Shown: in pieces, positions 1 through 9,549 of the stretch
Layout of the letters: every line of letters begins with the position of its first letter
Numbering within the stretch: the first letter of the stretch is position 1
From: Candidatus Fraserbacteria bacterium
GTDB taxonomy: Bacteria > Bipolaricaulota > Bipolaricaulia > RBG-16-55-9 > JANLFV01
Assembly: GCA_037446135.1 (NCBI GenBank)
Contig: JBBIJD010000001.1
Location: 27,156-91,155 of the forward strand
DNA: 64,000 nucleotides
Direction of reading: 5' to 3'
Position numbers and translations under genes: made by a program
Notes under the pieces: generated by a model
Databases searched by the model: none
Seen by the model: the letters and a program-made list of their open reading frames with translations, nothing else
What the model was told of the DNA's origin: nothing

Positions 1-1553
1 CTGGCTCATCTCGGCGAAGATCCGGTTCATCCGCTCGAGCGAAGCCTCATTGCAGGGCATCACCTGGGTCCGGATGAAGTCGTGCCGCAAGTCGGTCATG
101 AGCATCCCCCAGGCGGAGAATTGCCCCGGGGCGCGAGGGATGACGACCTTCTTCAGGTTCAATTCTCGCGCGAGCAAGGGGGCATGGAGCCCCCCGGCCC
201 CGCCGTAGGCGATCATCGTGAAGTCACGAGGATCGTAACCCCGCTCGATGCTCACCCGCTCGAGTGCCCCGCGCATGTTGGCGTTGGCCACGCGGATGAT
301 CCCGTGGGCCGCCCGGACCGTCTCGATCCCGAAGTAGCGGGCGATCTTCTCCATCGCCTCTTCGGCCCTCTTCACCTCGAGCTTGACCTCCCCGCCGAGG
401 AAGTAGTCCGGATTGAGCCGCCCGGCCAGGAGATTGGCATCGGTGACCGTCGGCTCGGTCCCACCGCGACCGTAGCAGGCCGGGCCGGGATCAGCCCCGG
501 CGCTCTGGGGCCCGACATTCAAGGCCCCGCCCTTATCGATCCAGCCGATCGACCCCCCGCCGGCCCCGACCTCGACGATATCCACGACCGGGATCTTGAC
601 GGGGTAGCCGGCGAAGGTGGCCGTCTTCTCGATGTGATAATCCGTCTTGATCTGGAGCCGTCCATGCTCGATGAGCGAGACCTTGGCCGTCGTCCCCCCC
701 ATGTCGAAGGCGATGATGTTCTCCTCATTGATGGCCCTCCCGATCATGATCGCCCCGATCACTCCCCCGATCGGACCGGACTCGACGAGATGGATCGGGA
801 CCGCCTGGGCCTGGGCGAAGGTAGTTGTCCCCCCATTCGACTGCATCGCATACTTCACTGAGGTCAGCCCCAGCCGTTGGAGATCCTCCTCCAGAGAGCG
901 GAGGTAGCGGACGGTCGCGGGCTTGACATAAGCGTTGAGGACCGCGGTGTTCGTCCGCTCATACTCCCGCCACTCCTGGATGATCTCGTGGGAGAGGGTG
1001 ACCTGGGCCTCGGGATAAAGCTCTTCGATCAATTCTTTGACACGCCGCTCATGGGCCGGGTTAGCGTAGGAGTGGATAAAGCAGACGGCGATCGACTCGA
1101 TCCCCGCCTCCTTGCACTTCTCGATCGCCTCGCGGACCTCCTCCTCGTCCAGCTCTTGGAGGACCTCGCCCTTATAGTTGAGCCGCTCCGTCACCTCGAA
1201 GCGGTAGCGCCGGGGGACGAAGGGCCTCGGCTTCCTGTAGAAGAGGTTATACATATCGGGCCGATTGGCCCGCTGGATCTCCAGGACATCCCGGAAGCCC
1301 TTGGTGGTGATGAGCGCGGTCTTGGCCCCCTTCCGCTCGGTGATCGCGTTGATCACTACCGTAGTCCCATGGACGAATTGGTTGATCTCGCCCGGATCGA
1401 GGCCGCTCTTCTCGATGGTCTTGATCACCCCTCGAGCGAAGTTCTCCGGGGTCGTATGGTCCTTCTCGAGGAGGACCTCGCCGGTCCCCTCATCGAGCAC
1501 GACAAGATCAGTGAATGTACCCCCGATGTCGATCGCCAGCCTCTTGGCCATCG
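1..1553 (-). CDS. hyuA: Hydantoinase/oxoprolinase family protein, HyuA-like N-terminal part (partial; C-terminus runs off the window start)
   Basis: Manual reverse-strand translation from the ATG at 1553 gives MAKRLAIDIGGTFTDLVVLDEG...FIRTQVMPCNEASLERMNRIFAEMSQ, open to nt 1. The DIGGTFTD motif and overall pattern are typical of N-methylhydantoinase A/oxoprolinase. Strong AAGGAGG RBS 7 nt upstream. Not in the ORF track because no stop lies inside the window. Confidence 0.85.
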
Positions 1554-2113
1554 CTCAGCTCGCCTCCTTCTAAGAGCCTTGGTGTCAGGACCCAGATCAC
1601 CTTCGCCGGCTCGGCCCCCTCATTCCTGTAGGTATGCGGGACTTCGGAAGCGAAATGGATGCTGTCCCCCGGCTCGAGCCGGTAGTCCCTCCCTTGGATG
1701 GTGAGGGTGATCGAGCCCTCCAGGACATAGGCGAACTCCTCGCCCCGATGGGCGAACGGCGGAGTCCCATCATAATGGGGCGGGACCTCGACGAGGAGTG
1801 GTTCGAGGGCCTTGTTCCGGAGGGGGCCGCTTAAGGCGCTGTAGGTGATCGCGGAGCCCTCGATCTTGAACTGCCCATGGTTTTGGGAGCGGATGACGAC
1901 CGAGGGATTGTGGGCAATGGTGAAGAAGGTGGAGAGAGGGACGCCGAGGGCTGTGGCTACGGCGCTGAGTGAGGAGATAGAGAGCGAGGAGCGCCCCCGC
2001 TCGACCTGGGAGAGGAAGCTTACCGAGAGGCCGCTCCGCTCGGCCAGCCGCTGGAGGGTCCAGCCCTGCCGCTTGCGCAGTTCGCGAATCTGGCTGCCAA
2101 TATCCTTCACCAC
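1508..2113 (-). CDS. XRE-family HTH transcriptional regulator with C-terminal cupin domain
   Basis: 201 aa. N-terminal HTH_3 pattern (IRELRKRQGWTLQRLAERSGLSVSFLSQVERG). C-terminal cupin-like beta region (FAYVLEGSITLTIQGRDYRLEPGDSIHF). The 3' end overlaps the hydantoinase start by about 46 nt. Confidence 0.8.
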   Translation of the reverse strand: MVKDIGSQIRELRKRQGWTLQRLAERSGLSVSFLSQVERGRSSLSISSLSAVATALGVPLSTFFTIAHNPSVVIRSQNHGQFKIEGSAITYSALSGPLRNKALEPLLVEVPPHYDGTPPFAHRGEEFAYVLEGSITLTIQGRDYRLEPGDSIHFASEVPHTYRNEGAEPAKVIWVLTPRLLEGGELSDGQEAGDRHRGYIH

Positions 2114-2193
2114 GCCCCTCCGCGGCTTTCGAGTATACTGTAAAAATTCCCATATGTCAAGAGAGGGCTCGGCCCTAATCCCAATGGGGCAGG

Positions 2194-2222
2194 TTGACTT
2201 TTGATTTCTACCGGACTAAAAT
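2194..2222 (+). promoter_or_regulatory. Sigma70-like promoter (TTGACT-17 nt-TAAAAT) upstream of the proline dehydrogenase gene
   Basis: TTGACT at 2194-2199, 17-nt spacer, TAAAAT at 2217-2222, about 40 nt before the TTG start at 2262. Lies in the divergent intergenic region with the XRE regulator. Confidence 0.45.
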
Positions 2223-2261
2223 CGCGGGAAGATTTGGGACGCTGAAGGTGGGTGAGACGGA

Positions 2262-3188
2262 TTGATGAGATCTCTTCTCTTATACCTCTCGCGGAACGAG
2301 CGCTTAGAGGGGTTCGTCCTCCGCTCCAAGTTGGCCCGCCGGGCGGCCCGGCGATTCATCGCTGGGGAGACGATGGACGAGGCCTTGAAGGTCGTCCAGG
2401 GGCTGAATGAGCGGGGCTTGCTCGCCACGATCGACCACCTTGGAGAGAATGTCACGAGGGCGGAGGAGGCCCGCGCCGCCGCCGCTGAGTATCTAGAGCT
2501 CCTCCCGAAGATCGCCGCGCTCGGCCTCCAGTCCCACGCCTCTCTCAAGCTGACTCAGATGGGGCTGGATCTCGGGCTGGAGTTCTGTCAGGGGAACCTC
2601 GAGCAGATCGTGGCCCGGGCCAAGGAGTTGGGCAACTTCGTCCGGATCGATATGGAAGGCTCGGCCTATACTGATCGGACCCTCGCCCTCTTCTCCAGGT
2701 TGAGGGAGAAGTATGATAATTTGGGGATCGTCCTCCAGGCCAACCTCCGCCGGACGGAACGGGACCTCGCGAGGCTGATCGAGCTGGGAGCGAATGTCCG
2801 CCTCTGCAAGGGGGCCTATAAGGAGCCGGCGAAGATCGCGTTCCCCAAGAAGCGCGAAGTTGACGCCAACTATATCAAGCTGATGGAGATGCTCCTGAGC
2901 CGGGAGGCTCGGGCCAAGGGGGCCTACGCCGCGATCGCGACCCATGACGAGCGGATGATCGCCAAGGCCAAGGAGTTGGCGGCCCGGGAGGGCTTGGGCC
3001 GGGAGGAGTTCGAGTTCCAGATGCTCCTCGGGATCAGAAGGCGGCTGGCGGAGGAGTTGGCCGATGAAGGCTACCGCGTCCGGATCTATGTCTCCTACGG
3101 GACAGCCTGGTATCCCTTCTACATGCGGCGGCTCGCCGAGCGGCCGGCCAATCTCTTGTTCCTCTTGAGGAATGTCTTCAGGCGCTAA
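2262..3188 (+). CDS. Proline dehydrogenase (monofunctional ProDH)
   Basis: 308 aa. TIM-barrel ProDH family pattern (LATIDHLGENV, RIDMEGSAYTDRTL, YVSYGTAWYPFYMRRLAERPANLLF). Confidence 0.85.
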   Translation: MMRSLLLYLSRNERLEGFVLRSKLARRAARRFIAGETMDEALKVVQGLNERGLLATIDHLGENVTRAEEARAAAAEYLELLPKIAALGLQSHASLKLTQMGLDLGLEFCQGNLEQIVARAKELGNFVRIDMEGSAYTDRTLALFSRLREKYDNLGIVLQANLRRTERDLARLIELGANVRLCKGAYKEPAKIAFPKKREVDANYIKLMEMLLSREARAKGAYAAIATHDERMIAKAKELAAREGLGREEFEFQMLLGIRRRLAEELADEGYRVRIYVSYGTAWYPFYMRRLAERPANLLFLLRNVFRR

Positions 3189-4044
3189 CGCTAATATCTT
3201 CCGGCGCGGGGCGGCCCTCCCCAGGCCGATCCTGAACATCGCCCATCGCGGGGCCGCCTCCCTTGCCCCGGAGAATACCCTCGCCGCGGCCCGAAAGGCC
3301 CATGAACTGGGAGCCGACCTCTGGGAATGCGATGTCCGGTTCACTAAAGATGGGCTCCCGATCCTGATGCACGACGCTACCCTCCGGCGGACGACCGATG
3401 TTTATAGAAGATTCCCGACCCGCGGGCCCTGGTGGGTCCACCTCTTCACGCTCGAGGAGATCGACCGGCTCGATGCCAGCTCCTGGTTCAACGAGGTCGA
3501 CCCCTTCGGGCAGATCCGAGCCGGGGCGGTCTCACCCGAGGAGCGGGAGGGCTATCGCGGCGAGCCGGTCCCGACCCTCAAAGAGGCCCTCCGCTTCACT
3601 AAAGAGCGCGGCTGGCGGGTCAACCTCGAGCTGAAGGCCGCGGTCCACTTGGCTCCCCGAGTGGTTGCACAAAGGGTCCTCGAAATCGTTCAGGAGATGG
3701 GAATGGCAGAGAGAGTGCTCATCTCCTCCTATAATGAGCGGGTCTTGAGGGAGGTCAAGCGGTTGGACCGCGAGATCGCCATCGCCCCCTTGGTCGCTCT
3801 CCGTCCTCAAGATCCCGTCGGGTATCTCGAGCGGCTCGAAGCCGAGGCCTATCATCCCAGCCTCTGGGCCTTCAACGCCGAGGACGCGCGCGAGCTGCGC
3901 CGGTTGGGGTTCGGCGTGAACCTCTGGACCTGCGACGCTCTGGATCGCTTGCGCGAGCTCGCCGCTGGAGGCCTAGTGAGCGGGATCTTCACCAACTTCC
4001 CCCAACGGCTCGGGCCGATCCTGGAGGAGTTCTTTAGGCCCTAG
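3172..4044 (+). CDS. Glycerophosphodiester phosphodiesterase (GDPD family)
   Basis: 290 aa. N-terminal IAHRGAASLAPENTLAAARKAHELGADLWECDVRFTKDGLPILMHD is the canonical GDPD catalytic region. Confidence 0.85.
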   Translation: MSSGANANIFRRGAALPRPILNIAHRGAASLAPENTLAAARKAHELGADLWECDVRFTKDGLPILMHDATLRRTTDVYRRFPTRGPWWVHLFTLEEIDRLDASSWFNEVDPFGQIRAGAVSPEEREGYRGEPVPTLKEALRFTKERGWRVNLELKAAVHLAPRVVAQRVLEIVQEMGMAERVLISSYNERVLREVKRLDREIAIAPLVALRPQDPVGYLERLEAEAYHPSLWAFNAEDARELRRLGFGVNLWTCDALDRLRELAAGGLVSGIFTNFPQRLGPILEEFFRP

Positions 4045-6044
4045 TGAGCGGGCTCGCGGAACTCAAGGAGCCCCATCTTCTCCAGGAGCTCGAAGTGCCG
4101 GACCAGCCACTTCCCTGCACGCTCGCCGGCCTCGAGCTCCACCAGATCGATGATCTCGGCCAGGGTCCGCCTCCCATCGGCCCAGTAGAGCGCGAGTGTC
4201 GGGAGGATCGCGGGCTTCTCCTTGAAGTCCTTGCGGAGGCGATGCCAAGCCTCCCGGTCTTCCCAAGTGAGCCTCCTCAGATAGGGCTGGAGCTGAGCGA
4301 TCGGGCCGCGATAGCGCCTTACGGGGATGAGCTCCTCCGCTCGCTCTGCCCAAGGTTCGGACTCGCGCTTTAGCTCTTCGGGGAGCTTGACCTTGGTCTG
4401 ACGGGCGATCAACTCCCTGGCCCGGGCCAGCTCATGGCCGGAGAATTCCAGGATTTCCCGCCGCTCATCGGAGAGATCGAACTCCGACTTACGCGGGACG
4501 AGCTTCAGGATCGAGTCCAAGGCCTTCGCCCCCCGGTCGGCCAGGTAGTCCCCCTCCCGAGCCAGCCTCGCGGCAAGCCGCCGGACTTCTTCGGCCTTTC
4601 CCGCCGCCAGGGCCTCCGGCAGTCTCTCCTGAATCAGCTTGAGCAGCTCGGCCTTGGCCTGGGCCACCACCTCCGCAGCCAGCCAGCGAGCCTCTCCCTC
4701 CCCAGCATTGGCGACAAGGTAAGCGGAGGAGGCGGCCAAGCTCCCCACAAGATGGAGCATCTTCGGGCTCACCTTGTCCGGGGTGTCTAGGCTGGTATGG
4801 TAGAACCGGTCAGGCCACTGGATGAGCATCACCGTCGGGACACCGACCGTGGGATCGGAGAGGACATAGTGGTCGCTCCCGCCGGAGAAGGGGACATCGG
4901 CGTAGCGGAAGGGGGCATAGCCACCGCGGCTGCTGAAGCCCTTCAGCTCGTGGGTGAACTCCTCCCTTACCCTCCGGACCAAAGGCTCGATGAACCCCGG
5001 AGAGGCCCCGGGGAGCCGGTCGATCAAGAGGCTGCTCCCACATCGATCTTGGTCCTCTCCGACCATGTCCAGGTTGAGCCCCGCGATCATCCTGGGGATG
5101 GCCTCCTCATGGGAGGCGAGGTAGGCGATCGTCCCGGTCATCTCCGGGACGAGGAGGAAGCGGATCCCTCGCTTAGGCTTGCCCAATTTGCCTTGTGTGA
5201 TCAGCGCTTGCAATGCCCGGGCGGCCTCGAGCAGCGCCGCCGCGCCGGAGGCATTATCGTTCGCGCTCGGCTTGGGATGACAGAGGTGGGCTAAGATCAA
5301 AACCTCCTCCGGACCTTCACCAGGGATGAGGGCAGAGACGACCTCCAGTTTCCCGTCCCAGGAGCGGCTCTCGACTTGTGCCCTTATCTTGAGCCGCTTC
5401 CCCTCCTTGAAGAGCCGGCGGAGCCTCTCCCCCTCCCGCGGGGTGAGGACGAACCCGAAGCACTTCCGTTCGTCACCGCTCCACCAGAAGGAGGCATACT
5501 GCCTAGCATCGGGGAGGTCCAGCCTCTGCCGGATGGGGAGCTCGCGCAGCCCATCGAAGGCGATCCCCACGGCCCCGCCCCGTTCGACCGCCAGGTCGTA
5601 GACCCTCTGGAGGTCCCCCTTAGTGAGGATGGCCTTCCCTTGAAGGTCGAGGCCCTCGTATTCTTCTGCTTCCTCGCCGTCCTCGAGGAGGACTAGCTCG
5701 GCCTCTAAGTCCGCCGGTCCGCTCCGCTGGATTAGCGCGAGCGGACATTCCTGGAAGTCCGCCAGCTTCCGCTCCTCCGGCTCGATCAAGAAGAGCCTCG
5801 CCCCTTCGGCCTCCCATTCCTGGAACATCGGCAGCGCCCAGTATCTCTCCCTCGGGTCTGCAGGGAAGGCGAGGAGCTGGACCCCCAGGCCCGCCTCTTC
5901 CAACTCTGCGGCCGCGAGCTCCGCCGCGGCGCGGAAGCCCGGGCTCGCCTGGATCCGGTGGTATCTTGTGATCGTAGCTACCAAGTCCAGGGCCCGCTCG
6001 CCCGAGAGCTCGTCACGGATCGGCTCGATGATCGACTTGAGCAT
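4041..6044 (-). CDS. M28-like peptidase-domain protein (DUF4910/aminopeptidase-like family) with C-terminal helical/winged-helix-like region
   Basis: 667 aa. HLCHPKPSANDNASGAAALLEAARAL and later GGSDHYVLSD resemble the M28 zinc-peptidase fold. Long C-terminal extension. Confidence 0.6.
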   Translation of the reverse strand: MLKSIIEPIRDELSGERALDLVATITRYHRIQASPGFRAAAELAAAELEEAGLGVQLLAFPADPRERYWALPMFQEWEAEGARLFLIEPEERKLADFQECPLALIQRSGPADLEAELVLLEDGEEAEEYEGLDLQGKAILTKGDLQRVYDLAVERGGAVGIAFDGLRELPIRQRLDLPDARQYASFWWSGDERKCFGFVLTPREGERLRRLFKEGKRLKIRAQVESRSWDGKLEVVSALIPGEGPEEVLILAHLCHPKPSANDNASGAAALLEAARALQALITQGKLGKPKRGIRFLLVPEMTGTIAYLASHEEAIPRMIAGLNLDMVGEDQDRCGSSLLIDRLPGASPGFIEPLVRRVREEFTHELKGFSSRGGYAPFRYADVPFSGGSDHYVLSDPTVGVPTVMLIQWPDRFYHTSLDTPDKVSPKMLHLVGSLAASSAYLVANAGEGEARWLAAEVVAQAKAELLKLIQERLPEALAAGKAEEVRRLAARLAREGDYLADRGAKALDSILKLVPRKSEFDLSDERREILEFSGHELARARELIARQTKVKLPEELKRESEPWAERAEELIPVRRYRGPIAQLQPYLRRLTWEDREAWHRLRKDFKEKPAILPTLALYWADGRRTLAEIIDLVELEAGERAGKWLVRHFELLEKMGLLEFREPAH

Positions 6045-6143
6045 GGCCTAAGCATAGACCGGGGAGCTGGCGGAGGCAAACCAATGGATGCTTGCGCTCG
6101 TCGTTCTTGCCCGAGGGCTGCCCCCCTTGTGAAGGAGAGGGCG

Positions 6144-6420
6144 CTACCGCAGTGCCAACTCAGGGAAGAGCGGCTCCATGTCGATGGTCAGGACCCGTTC
6201 GAGGATCAAGGCCCGCTGCTCCTGGTCCCGCAGCTCCCGGATCAGGCGGTCGAGCTCCTCCAAGGGGAGGCTCTCGAGCCGCTCGACCTCCAGCCCGCGC
6301 TCGACTGCCAGGTATTGGAGGAGGCCGCGGCGGGGGATCCTCCCTCGGCGGAGGAGTTGATAAAGGCGGGAGAGGCGGTCTTCCAGCTCCAATTCCCCGA
6401 GCTCGGTGTCAGTGGACACC
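6144..6420 (-). CDS. Possible small helical protein (~91 aa), GTG start overlapping the stop of the zinc-ribbon gene
   Basis: VSTDTELGELELEDRLSRLYQLLRRGRIPRRGLLQYLAVERGLEVERLESLPLEELDRLIRELRDQEQRALILERVL has protein-like composition, unlike the Arg/Pro/Gly-rich opposite-strand ORFs. A GTG start overlaps the upstream stop, suggesting translational coupling. Confidence 0.3.
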
Positions 6421-6648
6421 TTGGGCCTCCCGCTCCAGGAATTGTTCGACCTCCGCTGTCGCCTTCTCCAGGAAGGGGGCGAGGATCGAGCGATGGCCGC
6501 AGTAGGGGCAGCGCCCGCGGTAGAGGAGGGCGTCATACTCCTGGTAGCACTTGACGCAACTCCGGCTCCGGTAGGCCTGGAGGGAATCCCTGCCGTAGAG
6601 GAGCTTGAAGGCCTCTTCCCAATCCCGCGTTCGCCTCAATTCGATCAT
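6409..6648 (-). CDS. Small zinc-ribbon protein (79 aa), function unknown
   Basis: MIELRRTRDW...CVKCYQEY...CPYCGH... has two CxxC pairs. GAGGTGA RBS upstream of the ATG. The long N-terminal extension in the ORF track (to 7299) is low-complexity and antisense to the Crp-family gene. Confidence 0.5.
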   Translation of the reverse strand: MIELRRTRDWEEAFKLLYGRDSLQAYRSRSCVKCYQEYDALLYRGRCPYCGHRSILAPFLEKATAEVEQFLEREAQGVH

Positions 6649-6798
6649 CTGATCACCTCGACCGGTTTTACCCCCCAGGGCGGCGAGAGGAGACCCCGAT
6701 CTTCCCTCAGCGAGGGGAAATTGAGGTCGATCGGAGAGAAAGGCTGCTCCAGGCTCCAGCTTGAACCTCCCGGTTTTGGCCCATAAAATAGCAAGAGC

Positions 6799-7524
6799 AT
6801 GATGCGCGAGCTTATTCCTTTCTTCTCTTTCATCTTCGAGGGCCTCCCCGAGGAGGCCCTGGCGGAGCTCAGCGAGGAGGCTCTCCTCGTCGGGTATAAC
6901 GAGGGCGACCTCGTCGTCCAGGAGGGGAGCCCCTTCTCCGGGGTCTATATCATCTACAGCGGGCTGGTCCTGATCGGGAAATACTCCTCCTCCAGGAAGC
7001 GCCGGATCCTCCGGTTCCTCGCCCCGCGCGAGTTCTTCGGCCTGGAGGCCCTCTTCATGAAGGATCAGGAGACGAATATCCAGTTCGCCCGGGCCCTCCT
7101 CGACTCGGAATTGGTCTTCATCCGCGCTGAGCCGCTTCTGGAATTCCTCCAGCGCTACCCACTGGCGATGCTCACTCTCTGCCGCTGGTTCGCCCGCGAG
7201 GTGGCGATGCTCGAATTCAAGCTCACCAGGGACGCGACCGAGGGGAGCCTCCACAACCTGGCGATGTTGCTCCTCGCCCTCTCCAATAAGTATGGCCATG
7301 AGACCCCCGCAGGGACGATCATCAACCTCGAGCTCCCGCGGGCGCTGATGGCGGAGATGGTGGGGATCTCGGAGGAGACCCTGCTCAAGCTCCTGAAGCG
7401 GCTCAGGGACCAGCAGATCATCTCGGTCCAGGACTCCAAGATCACCATCATCAATAAGGAGAAACTCGATAGCCTCGCCTTGACCGCCGACTTCTACTTG
7501 ACGATCCTAGAAGAGACACTTTAA
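6799..7524 (+). CDS. Crp/Fnr-family transcriptional regulator (cNMP-binding + HTH)
   Basis: 241 aa. N-terminal cNMP-binding beta-roll pattern (GDLVVQEGSPFSGVYIIYSGLV). C-terminal HTH (LPRALMAEMVGISEETLLKLLKRLRDQQII). Confidence 0.85.
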   Translation: MMRELIPFFSFIFEGLPEEALAELSEEALLVGYNEGDLVVQEGSPFSGVYIIYSGLVLIGKYSSSRKRRILRFLAPREFFGLEALFMKDQETNIQFARALLDSELVFIRAEPLLEFLQRYPLAMLTLCRWFAREVAMLEFKLTRDATEGSLHNLAMLLLALSNKYGHETPAGTIINLELPRALMAEMVGISEETLLKLLKRLRDQQIISVQDSKITIINKEKLDSLALTADFYLTILEETL

Positions 7525-7663
7525 CCCCGAACCACCCTGAAAAGTCCACCCAATTCGCTGGCCTTTTCAGTCGCCCGAGCGCGAAAAATAAGGCCGCTTA
7601 TATGATCCCAGTCGCGGCAAGAGCCCTATCCCTTCCTTAACCTGATAGTGAGGTGGTGCAGAG

Positions 7664-8980
7664 ATGATAGAGGTTCAAGAGTCCAAGGCCTCGGAGGCTA
7701 CGATAGTCGAGGCCGTGCCAGCGGCAAGCGTCAACCCCTATGAGATGGTCCTCACCCAGTTGAGGCTGGTGGCCGCGCGGCTCGAGCTGGAGCCGGGGCT
7801 CCTCGCGATCCTCTCCCATCCGGAGCGGGTCCTGGAGGTCTCCCTCCCAGTGAAGATGGATGATGGCCGGATCGAGGTCTTCACCGGCTATCGTGTCCAG
7901 CATAGCAGCGTCCGCGGCCCGTGCAAAGGGGGGATCCGCTACCATCCCGCCGTGACCCTCGATGAGGTGAAGGCCCTCGCCACCTGGATGACCCTGAAGT
8001 GCGCCGTGGTCAACCTCCCCTATGGCGGGGCTAAGGGCGGGATCAGATGCGATCCGACCCGGCTCTCATTGGGCGAGTTGGAGCGATTGACCCGCCGGTA
8101 TGCGGTGATGATCCGGCCGATCATCGGCCCGCAGAAGGACATCCCCGCCCCAGATGTGAATACCAACGCTGTAGTCATGGACTGGATCATGGACACCCTC
8201 TCCGTCTTCAGCGACTACTATACCGATGAGGTCGTCACGGGGAAGTCGATCGAGCTCGGCGGGGCCCAAGGTCGGCGGGAGGCGACCGGCCGAGGGGTGA
8301 TGGTCGTGACCAAGGAGATCCTCAAGCGGCTGAACCGCGACATCACCAAGACCACCGTCGCGGTCCAGGGCTACGGGAATGTCGGCTCCGTCTCGGCTAC
8401 ATTGCTCGCCCGCGAGGGCTGCCGCGTCGTGGGGGTGAGCGATATCTCCACCGGGCTCTATAACCCCAATGGATTGAATATCGCCGAGATCAACGAGTAT
8501 GTGGCCCAATCCCCCGGCCATCTCCTCAAGGGCTACTCCGCCCCGGGGGTCGAGGAGATCACCAACCAGGAGCTCCTGGCCCTCGATGTCGATGTGCTCG
8601 TCCCGGCGGCCCTCGAGGCGCAGATCACCGCTGAGAATGCCGGCTCAGTCCGGGCCAAGATCATCGTCGAAGGGGCCAACGGGCCGACGACCCCGGAGGC
8701 CGATGTGATCCTAGCGGAGAAGGGGGTCTACATCGTGCCGGACATCCTGGCGAACGCCGGCGGAGTGGTCGTCTCCTACTTCGAGTGGGTTCAGGACCTC
8801 CAGTCCTTCTTCTGGGACGAGGAGGAGACGAACCAGAAGCTCGCGAAGATCATGCAGCAGAGCTTCGCCGAGGTCTGGACCCTGGCCCATCTTGAGGGGG
8901 TCTCGCTCCGGATGGCGGCCCTGATGCTCGGCGTCCGGCGGGTGGCCCAGGCGATCAAGAAGCGGGGGATCTTCCCCTAA
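7664..8980 (+). CDS. gdhA: Glutamate dehydrogenase (Glu/Leu/Phe/Val dehydrogenase family), paralog 1
   Basis: 438 aa. Catalytic Lys motif GPCKGGIRYHP, NLPYGGAKGG, and NAD(P) Rossmann GYGNVGS. Confidence 0.95.
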   Translation: MIEVQESKASEATIVEAVPAASVNPYEMVLTQLRLVAARLELEPGLLAILSHPERVLEVSLPVKMDDGRIEVFTGYRVQHSSVRGPCKGGIRYHPAVTLDEVKALATWMTLKCAVVNLPYGGAKGGIRCDPTRLSLGELERLTRRYAVMIRPIIGPQKDIPAPDVNTNAVVMDWIMDTLSVFSDYYTDEVVTGKSIELGGAQGRREATGRGVMVVTKEILKRLNRDITKTTVAVQGYGNVGSVSATLLAREGCRVVGVSDISTGLYNPNGLNIAEINEYVAQSPGHLLKGYSAPGVEEITNQELLALDVDVLVPAALEAQITAENAGSVRAKIIVEGANGPTTPEADVILAEKGVYIVPDILANAGGVVVSYFEWVQDLQSFFWDEEETNQKLAKIMQQSFAEVWTLAHLEGVSLRMAALMLGVRRVAQAIKKRGIFP

Positions 8981-9042
8981 AGGCGGACCCCGCAAACCAA
9001 GCAGGGGGTGGATCGTGAGGAACGATCCTCCAAGGAGGGCGA

Positions 9043-9549
9043 ATGAACAGCTATGTCCCGAGCGGCCTCTTGGGCTTGAGCCTGGATGTGGTCCGGACCT
9101 TCACCTCCGCGCTCGCCTTCTGTGCCAAGAAGCTGCGGAAGCCCCCGGAAGAGGTCCTCGAGCTCCTCGCTCGGGGTGATACCTGGGTCCACAGCACCTT
9201 CCGGTATGCCCTGGTCAATCAGATCTGCCAATACCTGAGCCGGCTGGGGACGGTGGTCCGGAGCGTCTACATCTACGGCAGTTGCATGGAAGACCGGGCT
9301 CGGCCCTGCTCCGATGTCGACATCATCATCTGGGTCAATGAGAAGAGCGATGCGCTCGCACTCCTCTTGGAGCGGCTGAACTCCCTCATCTCCAACTACT
9401 ACCGGGCCCTCATGGGGGATAAGGCCGAAGGGGTAGGCCGGATGCTCGACATCCACCTCGTCGATGACCGTGAGGTCGAGGCCCGCGAGGGTTACGGCGC
9501 CGTCCTCGGCTCGCCCTATACCAGCCCGGTCCGGATCTGGAGCCGCTAA
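9043..9549 (+). CDS. Nucleotidyltransferase-domain protein (minimal NTase fold)
   Basis: 168 aa. YIYGSCMEDRARPCSDVDIIIWV fits the GS...D.D nucleotidyltransferase signature. Confidence 0.55.
   Translation: MNSYVPSGLLGLSLDVVRTFTSALAFCAKKLRKPPEEVLELLARGDTWVHSTFRYALVNQICQYLSRLGTVVRSVYIYGSCMEDRARPCSDVDIIIWVNEKSDALALLLERLNSLISNYYRALMGDKAEGVGRMLDIHLVDDREVEAREGYGAVLGSPYTSPVRIWSR

Noticed and set aside
82-1704. Long plus-strand ORFs 82..861 and 877..1704 (259 and 275 aa)
   Set aside because: Arg/Pro/Gly/Asp-rich low-complexity translations lying exactly antisense to the well-supported hydantoinase gene. Typical high-GC shadow ORFs.
6660-7299. N-terminal 210 aa of track ORF 6409..7299 (minus strand)
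   Set aside because: Only the last 79 codons (with RBS and zinc-ribbon motif) look protein-like. The upstream part is Glu/Pro/Leu-rich low complexity and antisense to the Crp/Fnr-family gene.
7525-7663. Inverted repeat CTGAAAAG-N18-CTTTTCAG after the Crp-family gene as an FNR/CRP box or terminator
   Set aside because: Arms do not match TTGAT-N4-ATCAA-type CRP/FNR half-sites, and no U-tract follows. Possibly a weak structure, not confidently callable.
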